The notes below the pieces were generated by a model. The model was given only the letters and a program-made list of their open reading frames with translations. It was not told the origin of the DNA and ran no database searches. The position numbers and the translations under genes are program-made. A DNA stretch of 64,000 nucleotides from Octopus sinensis (taxonomy: Eukaryota). The number at the start of each line of letters is the position of its first letter. Within the stretch, counting starts at the first letter, position 1. Of this stretch, positions 27,349 through 38,223 are shown one piece after another. The DNA lies in the NCBI RefSeq assembly GCF_006345805.1, contig NC_043015.1, positions 11,036,001-11,100,000 of the forward strand, written 5' to 3'.

Positions 27349-27587
27349 AGGCTCGCATTAATTCTGCGATGTCTATGATATAGCTTTATTTTCGAAACGC
27401 AATGTTTTTGAGAAAAAACGTCTAAACTATAGAGGGGAAGAGTGCCACCGTAGGTTTGCCACTCTGAAGATGGGTAAAATTTATATTTTGTTCTCTAGTG
27501 TCAGATTAGTCGCCACTGTTGAACATTTTATATGTCATATTAATTAAAGTTACTGTTTGGGATCTGAACGTGTGTGTGTGTGTGTGT

Positions 27588-27890
27588 GTGCGGTAAGAAG
27601 TTTGCTTTCCAACCACATGGTTCCGGGTTCGGTCTCACTGCGTGGCACCTTGAGCAAGTGTCTTCAACTATAGCCTCGGGCCGACCAAAGACTTGTGAAC
27701 GGATTTGGTAGACAAATGCTGAAAGAAGCCTGTCGTATATATATATATATATATATATGGGTGTATGCCTGTATATATGTATGTATGTATGTATGAATCT
27801 GTGCTTGTTCGCCATCGCTTGAAAACCACCGTCGCTTGACAACCGCTGTTGGCGTGTTTACGTGACTGAAACAAGTTAAATAAATAAAAG
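27588..27890 (+). mobile_element. tRNA-derived SINE family A with internal microsatellite
   Basis: Head cggtaagaagtttgctttccaaccacatggttccgggttcggtctc, body to gaaagaagcctgtcg, (TA)n, then tail gactgaaacaag. Confidence 0.8.
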
Positions 27891-28276
27891 TAAAAGAAAT
27901 ATATATAAACCTATGTGTGTGAGTGTGTAAGTGTGTGCGTGAGTGTATTTGTATGTATATTTGTTATGTTTATATAGTACACACAAGAAATCTGAAGGGA
28001 TTTAATTGTTCTATATAAAAGTGACAGATGTTGGTTGATTTTCCTGTTACTTTCTGGCAGTTACGATATTTTTCTTTAGCATGCCAGCTTTGCTTCGTTT
28101 CCAAGGCTTCTAAAGTATTTAACCTTCCGCCCGTTTGTGTTACACATGATTGGTTTTCGTTATGCATTCAAGCTTCCCCAGAATAAATAGGTACACGATT
28201 TCGGTTGAAATAAAATAATTTATATTATTTACTCTAAACCGAAGCAAGGATCTATAACCTCACTACCTCCTCCTGG

Positions 28277-29828
28277 TCAAACCGAAATACTGAGTGATTA
28301 TAAAATGAGAGACGGTATATGGATTGTTATTTTATTTGAAGCTCCTATGACGTCACACAACCTAGCCCACGCCAACAACGTAGATATTTTCTCCACAATT
28401 AAACCTCCGAAAGTATATCACTCTATTCAAATTCGTAAAATTAATGAATATCCGTAAAGCCGTGAGGCGAAGGAAATTTTTCGATGTCTTTGCTTTTCTT
28501 TATCAACCCAGAAGTAATTGATATTAAATTGTGTTCAAACCCATATATTATAATTATGACATAAAGACCGAAGTCGCTCTCTCTCTCTCTCTCATCGATT
28601 CGACAAAAAAAAGGTTTTATCAAGAAACTGCTGGACAGTGTCCAAAGTGCAAACATTAATCGTGTTGATACCATAGACGAGTATGAAATCTGAATCAACC
28701 CTGTGTCTTTGGAAGACGACCCTCACCTTGGGGATGCGGTGTGCAGGGGCAATATTGCTTACATCCACTAGCTGCCTCTCCTAACTGTCGATACTCGATT
28801 AATATATAAAATATAATAGCGTTGGTGATGGTGTTTTGGTGGATTATACAAAACCTATTCTACTCTCTCCTTTTTTACACTTCTGTTAGAATGGTGCGTA
28901 AAGGTCTATGAACTGAGTAGTTATTAGGATACAGGATTTGTTTGCGTTCAGATCTTAGCCATCCAAACAATTATATTCAACAGTAAGTGCACATATACGT
29001 TATCTTTCATCGATGAGGAGACACTCCAGGGACCAGAAGACATGGTAGTGACCGTCATTTATTATTAGCATATATTTCATAAACAATGAGCCATAAAATG
29101 TCCTATTTCAGAGCGTGAATCCACAGTTCAGCAACTATGATTCTGGCGTGTATTTTCTCTCTTTGTTTAACAAAATCTTTTCCGGAATCAATTTTCTTTA
29201 AATTTTTTCAAGATTTTAAAAATCTACAAAACTTGTTGTGGGGAAAATAATTCCGTAACATAGGCAGAATTACAATATAAATTAAATGACAATTACTGTA
29301 ACGGTGGAAAACAAAGACGAGATTTAGGTATAACCTATACAGAAATTTTCAATTACTAATGGGTGTAACAAACCAAAATAAGAGAAAGCTAACGGTAGTG
29401 CTATGACTTGCAATGGCTTGATTAAAAATCCATTTGCAGTTGCAACATAGCAGCATATGAATAATAATATCAATCCCCGCCGCAAGAAAATCACTGCCTA
29501 ATCCTCTTTCTTTAACTAAAGAAAACTAGCGTTTTGAATGAGATTATTAGGCATTCTGTTTTAGGGAGAGTTGCACCATATAGTCATAGCTGAAAATATA
29601 GGGCAATAGCAAGCAAGAGATGACATTTCAAACCGAAATACTGAGTGATTATAACATGAGAGACAGTATATATATTGTTATCTTATTTGAATCACCCATG
29701 ATGTCGCACAACTTGTCACACGCCAACAACAGCTTTTTTTTCTTCTTTTTCTGAAAAACTAAGCCTCCGAAAGTATATTTCTCTATTCAAATTTCTAAAA
29801 TTAATGAATTTCCGTAAAGCCGCGAGGC
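28277..29828. repeat. Pair of ~190-200-bp diverged direct repeats (28277-28468 and 29628-29828)
   Basis: Shared tcaaaccgaaatactgagtgattataa...cctccgaaagtatat...aaaattaatgaat.tccgtaaagccg.gaggc. Confidence 0.85.
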
Positions 29829-29867
29829 ATAAATACCTGTAAGCACGAACACACACACACACACATC

Positions 29868-29899
<32 letters not shown>

Positions 29900-29936
29900 C
29901 ATGTGTGTGTATCTCTCTCTCTCTCTCTACACACAC

Positions 29937-30018
<82 letters not shown>

Positions 30019-30187
30019 CATATGTGTGTGGAAGTATTTCTGTAAGCGTATGAAAGGAGAATGATAGGAAATGTCTGTATGTAAATGCATGCATATAAGT
30101 GATGATATAATAAATGAAGTACTCGAAACTTCTCATTATGTAAAAATATTTTTTACTCACACACACACACACACACGAGAGAGAGAT

Positions 30188-30218
<31 letters not shown>

Positions 30219-30861
30219 CGATAAATAGATATATAGAGAGAGACACACAGAGAGAACATATATATCTTTATGCTTATGAACATCACTTTTTTCGTATCAT
30301 TTTGCTAATACGGTGTATTACAAAATATATCATGACACAAAACTTAATAGAAAAATGTAAATTAAAAAATATTACTATATAGCATTCCTAAAAAAAACCC
30401 AAAAGAAACATGATTACAATACCATGGAGCATTCTTTTTTGTATAATACAGTGGACTGATGCAACACATGACATAAAGTATGGAAATAAACTATTTTTAA
30501 TAGAGTGAAGGACAGTTTACTCGTAAGAAAGTCATTTATTTGATCCCTCATCGCCTACTTCTGAATACAATAATTAAGCGAGCGCCACACTCAACTTTAA
30601 TAATCTGTCACAGCGATAATACATTTTAAACATACTAATCAAAGGTATGTAAAGGTACATAAAGGGCGGGTGAGAAAACAGGAGCAGAAAATCTTTGAAA
30701 GCACACATTGAACCACATCATATATATAACTTATTTGGATGAAGAATGTTTTCTCTTGATCGCTCTACCTCTCTTGCTCTCCCTCTCTTCATATATGTGT
30801 GTGGGCTAGTGCTTATATGTGCAACTACACATATATTTGTACATGGATTCATATGTATGTG

Positions 30862-30941
<80 letters not shown>

Positions 30942-31023
30942 ATATTTGATATATACATATATATACACAAGAGGACTACGTGACTGCCTATATAGCTAAG
31001 AAATAGAAGTCAAAGAATACTTC

Positions 31024-31731
31024 TGTACCACTTAATAGTCACAAATCTATTACACACATGACAGGAAAAATTATCTGTGAACAATAATAGTGCCTTGCCT
31101 CTACTGGGTCAGAACAAGTAAATGATGGTCAAACCTGTACTGGTTCGAAATTTAACGCCAAATAGGTGCCCGATTTCTCATCAGCCAAAGTCCGCCAGTT
31201 AAATTACTACAAACATTCTCCCCCACCATGTCGGCAAAAGTTCGTTTGAAGTGACCAAGCATTATAGGAACAAACGAAATTTGTATATATTTATAAATCT
31301 GAAGATGCTAGGAAAACTTACCCCTTATATTTCTGACCAAGTATCATCATAACATATAAGAGCTAATCAGCATATCCACATTTATATGGAGGGGTGAATT
31401 CGTACTTCCCTCCAATTTTCTACCATGTGCGTCACAAAATAGTACTGCCGAAAAAAGTTTTATCGTCGGGGAGTGAAATAATCATTGTGAGTTACAAATG
31501 TTGTTGTCTGTGGAGAACTTTTGCTGACATGGTGGGGGAGAACAATTAATTTAGCTGGCGTACTTTGGCTGTTGAGAAATCGTGCACCTATTTGGCACTA
31601 AATTTTGAAATCGGTACCAGGTTGACCAGCATTTACTTGTTCTGACCCAGAAGACGTAAGATATTATTATTGTTCACTGATATTTTTTTCCTATTATGAC
31701 TGTAATAGATTTGTGATTATTCAGTGGTACA
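31024..31731. mobile_element. Non-autonomous foldback/MITE element with ~220-bp TIRs
   Basis: Arms 31024-31243 and 31515-31731 are reverse complements (ctgggtcagaacaagtaaatg, ccaaataggtgc, ttctcccccaccatgtc); no TSD identified. Confidence 0.8.
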
Positions 31732-31925
31732 TAATTATTTTATATACTTCTATTTTTTAGCGATATAGATACTCATATATGTATATGTATGTGCATATCT
31801 AATATTGTATGTATATATTTTATTAATTTGCCTATACGACTGATGATTAGCTTATCACTGGGGATGGTATATTAATACTATCCCTATATATAGATGTGGC
31901 AACATTTGAAATTTTGTCTAGGTCT

Positions 31926-31996
31926 ATGCAGCTGATGAGGACACATCACATCTACGTTGTCAAACGTATTTCAAGAGTCTGAAACCGGTCCTGCAT
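31926..31996 (+). ncRNA. Minimal type I hammerhead ribozyme, canonical core
   Basis: ATGCAG-CTGATGA-GGAC-(34 nt)-GTCT-GAAA-CCGGTC-CTGCAT: 6-bp stem I, 4-bp stem II, palindromic ACCGGT stem III and GUC cleavage triplet. Confidence 0.8.
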
Positions 31997-32179
31997 TATC
32001 TGTTTCTAGGTTTTTCATTTTTCAGATGTTCTTCCTAGAGGTAAGACAAATATTTTTCATGTTTTTTGCACGCACACGTCTTTGCTAGTATATACGCAGT
32101 GAAGCTATACAATAGCGTCGTATTTATTACGATCGCTATTTTCCAGTAAATATCGGTACTTTGTTGTACCATTTATTTA

Positions 32180-32227
<48 letters not shown>

Positions 32228-32629
32228 GTACTCATAAAAAAGACATACGCGCACACACACGCGCACACTGACGTAACATAATCATATATATATATATATA
32301 TACGTGTGAGTGTGATTTTACTTGTGTGCGTGTAAGTGTGACTATGTGTGATTTTCCATGAGTTTATATATAGTGCGAATATGTACATATTAAGCTATAT
32401 TCTGGAGTAACCGTCTAGTGTTTGAGCCGTTAATTTAATGACTTTGATTTACAAGATTTACTAGAGATGTGACGTAGAAGTAATCGCTTACCACAAATCC
32501 TATGGATATATGTCTTAGCAAAACTTAGTATGCAAAATATAGGCTGCATCATCATCACTAATTTGTATCGTACAAATATTAGCCAAAATTATGAATACGA
32601 GTGGTATCATTTAGTGACTTCAAATACAA

Positions 32630-33150
32630 TTCCGAAAGGGTCCCACTTGATCCGATCAAAGGAACAGCCTGCTACAGAAATTCGACTTGCAAGTTGCTGA
32701 GCACTACACAGATACGGTATGAAAGTGGCGAGCTGGCAGAAACGTTAGCACGTCTGGCTAGCAGTATTTCGTCTGCCGCTACGTACTGAGTTCAAATTCC
32801 GCCGAGGACGGCTTTACTTTTCATCTTTTTGAGGTCGATTAATTAAGTACCATTTACGCACAAGGGTCGATGTAATCGACTTAATCCGTTTGACTGTCCT
32901 TGTTTGTCCTCTCTGTGTGTAGCCCCTTCTGGGCAATAAAGAAATAAGATACGGGTACTCTTCACGTAGTTCCCACAGAGATGCAGCATGACACAGAATT
33001 TCACTAGGTTGTCCATTGAACTACGTGTACATCTCACTTTTGCTAGCTGAGTGAGGCGGAACAACGTGAAATAAATTATCTTGCACAGACGCCCTGCTGT
33101 TTTTGAACTCACGACATTTCAATCGTGAGCTGAACACCGCCATTCAATGA
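32630..33150 (-). mobile_element. SINE family C interrupted by a family-B SINE
   Basis: The family C body continues across the insertion; agatacgg is duplicated at 32710-32717 and 32947-32954. Confidence 0.75.
32727..32946 (+). mobile_element. tRNA-derived SINE family B, near full length
   Basis: ggcgagctggcagaaacgttagcacg...ctgagttcaaattccgccgagg...gggcaataaagaaata. Confidence 0.9.
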
Positions 33151-33244
33151 GCGTTCACAATTCCTAAATGGTAGTATAATATAGGGTAGTCGATGACAGA
33201 TGAACTTGAAGTGGCATCGTCCAGTCCATTTGTATGTTACTGTC

Positions 33245-33319
<75 letters not shown>

Positions 33320-33332
33320 GCATGTATGTACG

Positions 33333-33375
<43 letters not shown>

Positions 33376-33643
33376 TATATATATATAGGAGGAATTCATA
33401 AAACAAACCCAGAAAATGAAGATAAGTGGTGTTGACAAACATATGTATTAGATTAACACTCGGGAAGTGAACAAGTCTTTAACGTTTCGAGCCTACGCTC
33501 TTCCACAGAAAGAAACACGGAGAGAAAATAAAAATGTGTAGTGGCTAGCGATCTATCATGGCGAATGCCGGCTAGACGGTTCACACATGAGTTAGGAAGA
33601 AGGGGAGATAATAAAGTAGTGGCGATCCCATAAGGAAGATATG

Positions 33644-33686
<43 letters not shown>

Positions 33687-33799
33687 CCACACACACACAA
33701 GATTTAAGGAATGGAGTAGACGAGAACAGCGTTGCATATATTTCATACCGAGCGGAACCTAGGAAATGGTAAATATCCAAGCGAGGTGTATACCACAGG

Positions 33800-34400
33800 C
33801 TACTCTTCAGGCCAAATACATCTTGATTAAATGAAAGTTTTCATTGTTGCAAAGAGGTGCGTTTTAACACATGGAGGTTTTAATCAGAATGTGCAGAGAG
33901 CACTTTAGATAATGCCCTGTTACGGATTATGTTTAGTGTACCTATCCACGTCGACTAGAGTGACACCTTCTTGAAGATTTCATGCTTTATGGTAACAGAG
34001 ACCATCACTTCACCCCTGTATAATGCTTGGCCTCCTAGTAATGGCAGCCCTAGTTTCTGAAATTCTTTGTAAATGTTCGACGAATACTAATACTTCTGTT
34101 TCTGGTAATTTCTTATAAAGCGTTGTTCTTGAACTTAGATGAGTTTGTATACAATGAAGAGATGTGGAACCTCAAAGTTTCCTATTGACAATTCATCTGA
34201 CAGAATATATATTAATAAACAATATATTAGATTAAATTGTTGGCAACAATATTCTCTTTCCCTCATTCTAAGGGTCATCCCTGAAACGCCAGATTCCCCT
34301 TCTACTGGCTTCATGTAAACTTATACACACTCATGAACTGCTAATGGAACACTTTCTGCTTTTGTAAATCCCGTATTTCCTTGCCTGTAATATATTTCAG
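33800..34400 (-). mobile_element. Very degenerate non-LTR RT remnant (L1/Tx1-like)
   Basis: Minus strand tctggcgtttcagggatgaccctta resembles SGVRQGCPLS, followed downstream by KLGLPL (similar to KYLGLPL); heavily frameshifted. Confidence 0.4.
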
Positions 34401-35381
34401 CCCTTTCATCTCAGAACTTCAGAGCTATTGCATTTTCAGCATTGCCTTTTGGTTTGCTTTAGCAACTAACATCCAAACATCCAATTGAACCTTAACCCTA
34501 GACCTAACTCTAACTCTGACCTTATTCACATTGAAACGTCCCTACAGAACACACATGAAGAGAGAATAGCAATGTTATTATGAACAAGGCAGCACTCATA
34601 GAATAGTTTAAATGAATGGAAAACAAGTAAAATATCGTACCTTTTGATGGAAGCTTACGCAAAGACTTGGAAAATGTTAAAACGTTTGAAGTTGATTCGT
34701 TTAAAATATCATCTACAATATATCGCTGGAGAAGCTCCAGATCAATAAAATATATAAAAAAAATATATCAACCATATTTGTGTTTTTCATTCTATCCCAA
34801 TATCTCCACAGCTGATGTTTGAAGTAATAATCCAAATGTTTGTATCCTGAAAGTCAATATTATGATGTACGGTATAATTTGATAAAAAATATCAGAATGT
34901 ATTTATTCACCGGGTGTTTTGCAAATCGTAAATCTTGATACAACGATATTTTATTTTCAATTTTAAGTTAGTTTTACACGCTCTTACGCTTCAAATATTT
35001 CAAGATATGTTTCTTTCTTGCTAGATTTAATGTCAATGTGATTTTCTATTTTTTTCTCTTTTACGAATCTTTTACTATTTGAATAGTAAAATCATTCAGC
35101 CATTCTAAATCCAATGATACATTATCGAGATGTTTACAGTAATATGTTTTGGGTATAGGGCAATTCGTGTATATAGAATATAGAATATTTCTGCATTATT
35201 TACGTTTACATTTGTGTTAGATGTAATATAGCATTTAGCTTTAGTTCCTGCAATAAGACCACATTACAAAATAATGTGTAGATGTGGAGGGATATATTTT
35301 AATTTACCATGAGTTTTCAATATCTAAAGCACGTTTGATATTTCAGATGTGGCTTCCATGAATAAAGATATGTAATATGAC

Positions 35382-35383
35382 AT

Positions 35384-35479
<96 letters not shown>

Positions 35480-35480
35480 G
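35382..35480. repeat. (TTA)n microsatellite
   Basis: Direct inspection. Confidence 0.97.
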
Positions 35481-35624
35481 GGTTCTTTATGCATATTTTG
35501 AAGCTGAATGTAGTTATATATTGTATAACGTTACACATAATTTCAAAATATATTTATGAATTCAAGATTCAATTATACATTTTTCGTATGTATGTATGTA
35601 TGTGTGTGTATGTATGTATGTATG

Positions 35625-35667
<43 letters not shown>

Positions 35668-35869
35668 CATATGTGATTGTACATCTTTATGCATATGTGC
35701 AAACATTCATACATTCATACACACATGTATTTACATATATATAAAAAACATACATGCACACACGTATTAATGTGCATGTCTCTCCTATTCTTTAATTATT
35801 ATAAATCTTCCACTGGGGAGGGAGCCGGTTTCAAACAAAGATACAAGGCTCCATCTTTGTGATGCAGTT

Positions 35870-37420
35870 AACACAAAAAAATTCACATTTGGAACTTTTG
35901 AGAAACGTTTTACATATTTTTACTGCTCCACTCTGAGAATGGACTTGTAGTGTATGAATTAGCCAGTCAATTTCTCTTTCTCGAAGTCCCAGTTTATCCA
36001 GATTCTCCTTTAAGCATTTACTAACAAAACCTAGAGCTCCAATTATTATTGGTATGAATATAAATTCATAGTCTGGATATAGAAGTAGGAGGATATAGAA
36101 GCAGTTGTCCATAGATGTTCTCTTTTTCTCTAATTTTCAAAGTGACATTTCTATCTGCAGGACAGCTGACCTCTATGATGGCACATACGTTTGCCCCTCT
36201 GTTCCTAACAATATCTAGCCTGTTATGTTTACATTTGATAGCTGTTTTGAAGGCAATATTTCACCAGTATTCCTTGAGTTGGTATTTATGAATGTATTCC
36301 ATAACAGGGATTTTCTAATTTTATTTCAGGACAGTCTTCTTTGTGTGGATGGCATTGTAAAGCGTATCGTTTAGGGAGGTAGTAAAGTAAGGACATTTTA
36401 GGACAGCTATTAATCATATGTGTGATATCTTACACAGAAACATGAAATAGTCTGCACATGCGATTGCAAGAGCGTCACTATCTCTCTTGTTCACCAGGTA
36501 TTTTGTGGCAATCTCTTGTACCTGGATTGCAAAAACATAGCCCTTCAAAGTGTGATGTAATGTAGTGATCTAGTGTCCACGATAGGCTGCATTTCGTGTC
36601 AATTCTACTGTCATCTCCAAGCTTCCGAGCAACATGCCCATGCATAATCTTTTTTTCTATGCTAACGGGCTTTCCATTGAGGTCTTCTCTGACGTAAGAG
36701 AGCCCAGCTGTTTTGGGGCTGTATAGGAAATCATCAAGAAGAGAATGCCTCTTGAGGAGCTCACTGCCAACTCCTACAATGTTGCTCACTTCACTTTTCA
36801 GCACTGCATGTTTTTATTTATTTTTACTGCTATTGTTTAGCAGGTGTTACCATACGTCATTCGAAGGTTGTCTGCACATATCTCAGGCCTCTACCAACTT
36901 CATTTCTTCTTAGGCAGACCCTTTCAACATCACTGTTTCTGTGGAAGTTCCCAGTTGTCAGGATTTTGCGTGTTTTGATATGTATGGAATTAATTTCCTG
37001 TACAGACCAATCAAGCACCCCAAATGTTGGGATCAGCACTGGTACTGCAAACGCATTGTGGGATATTGTTCTGTTGTAAGAGGGATCTCCCGACTTCCAT
37101 ATTTTTCTAAGTCTTGTATAATGTTCTCGGGTCACTCTGTCTTTATTCACAGTGCCTCCCTATGATACATCCTTGCCTATGCCTAGGTATTAGTAGCATT
37201 CTTTGTGTGGAATGGGTGAAATAGAGAGACCGTTGATGCTCAGGGTTGGCGTTTGGGGGACTAACTTTCTTTGTTCTATAACCAGAAATGAACATTTCTT
37301 TTGGCCAAATTCCATGCCTATTTCAGCTGAAAATTTTATTAATTCCAGTTGTTTCTTGGAATTGTTAACACTTATAATATAAATCTTCAACTCGTCTACA
37401 AAGAAATTATGAGTTACATT
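35870..37420 (-). mobile_element. Degenerate RLE-type non-LTR retrotransposon (second family): RT through C-terminus
   Basis: THNFFVDELKIY (RT YxDD region), IGMEFGQKKC, HNAFAVPVLIPTFGVLDW...GRGL, YITSHFEG and C-terminal YPDYEFIFIPIIIGALG...GAVKICKTF (ORFs 35831, 36478, 36857, 37190). Confidence 0.88.
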
Positions 37421-37489
37421 GATATTTCTAGCAGTTCATGATCCTTATGTATGTATGCATGTATCTATGTATGTATACTTAGTGCGTCT

Positions 37490-37640
37490 GGACGAAGAGG
37501 CATGCCGCAAGACCTCCTTTTTGATTCATTCCTGTAACTTAAACCAGTATTTCATTTCTTGTTCATGGTTGTCTTACAGTTGTCTACTTTCAAATATTCT
37601 ATTTGAACCTTTGTATGAGGACAGGTTTGAAAAAAAGATG
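37490..37640 (-). mobile_element. Possible RTE-like RT fragment
   Basis: TVR...WF...GMNQKGGLAACLF resembles the RT region TEWFxxxxGVxQGCVLAPxLF; frameshifted. Confidence 0.3.
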
Positions 37641-38223
37641 AGAGATAACCTACTATGTGAGAAGGAATGGCTGAACGTAGAGGCTAGTGCAAGATTAGCA
37701 GTTTTGAGACAGAAATAGAGTTGAAATAAAGGATATGTGAATGGGTCTGCAATGAATAGACCCAGTACGCTCGAAGTGGAAGGGGCAATTTCTTTAACTG
37801 AAAAATAGCAGAGATGAGACATGTCTCTCGGAGTATATCTGTGAGTAATTTAGGTTAAACGCAGTGTGGTTGTAGTTTACGATGTTTGTGCAATATTAGT
37901 ATGTTGAAAATGCATGACTTAGAGTTTAAGGAGTTCAGTTGATGATCACATCAAGGGATCAGTTCCTGGACTGCGCTCAGTGTTATGTCATTGTGCAAGG
38001 TACTTAAATTTACGTTGCTACCTTCTATTCGAGCAAAAAATATATAGCTGATCAGTGCCGATGCGGCTCTACTTCCCAGCTGTAATATCATGAACGTGTT
38101 GCTGAATTAAGGACTAGAGGAGTCAAGATGGTATCTATGTCTTCTAGTTTCTTAAAATTCAATTAAACTGAAAACAAGTATGGAACGTATTATTAAACCA
38201 TACTCGTTCGCAGGTGGAAAATG

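Noticed and set aside
30587-30650. 31-nt + strand exon (cacag|...aaag|gtatgt)
   Set aside because: Not frame-preserving, weak pyrimidine tract, likely chance.
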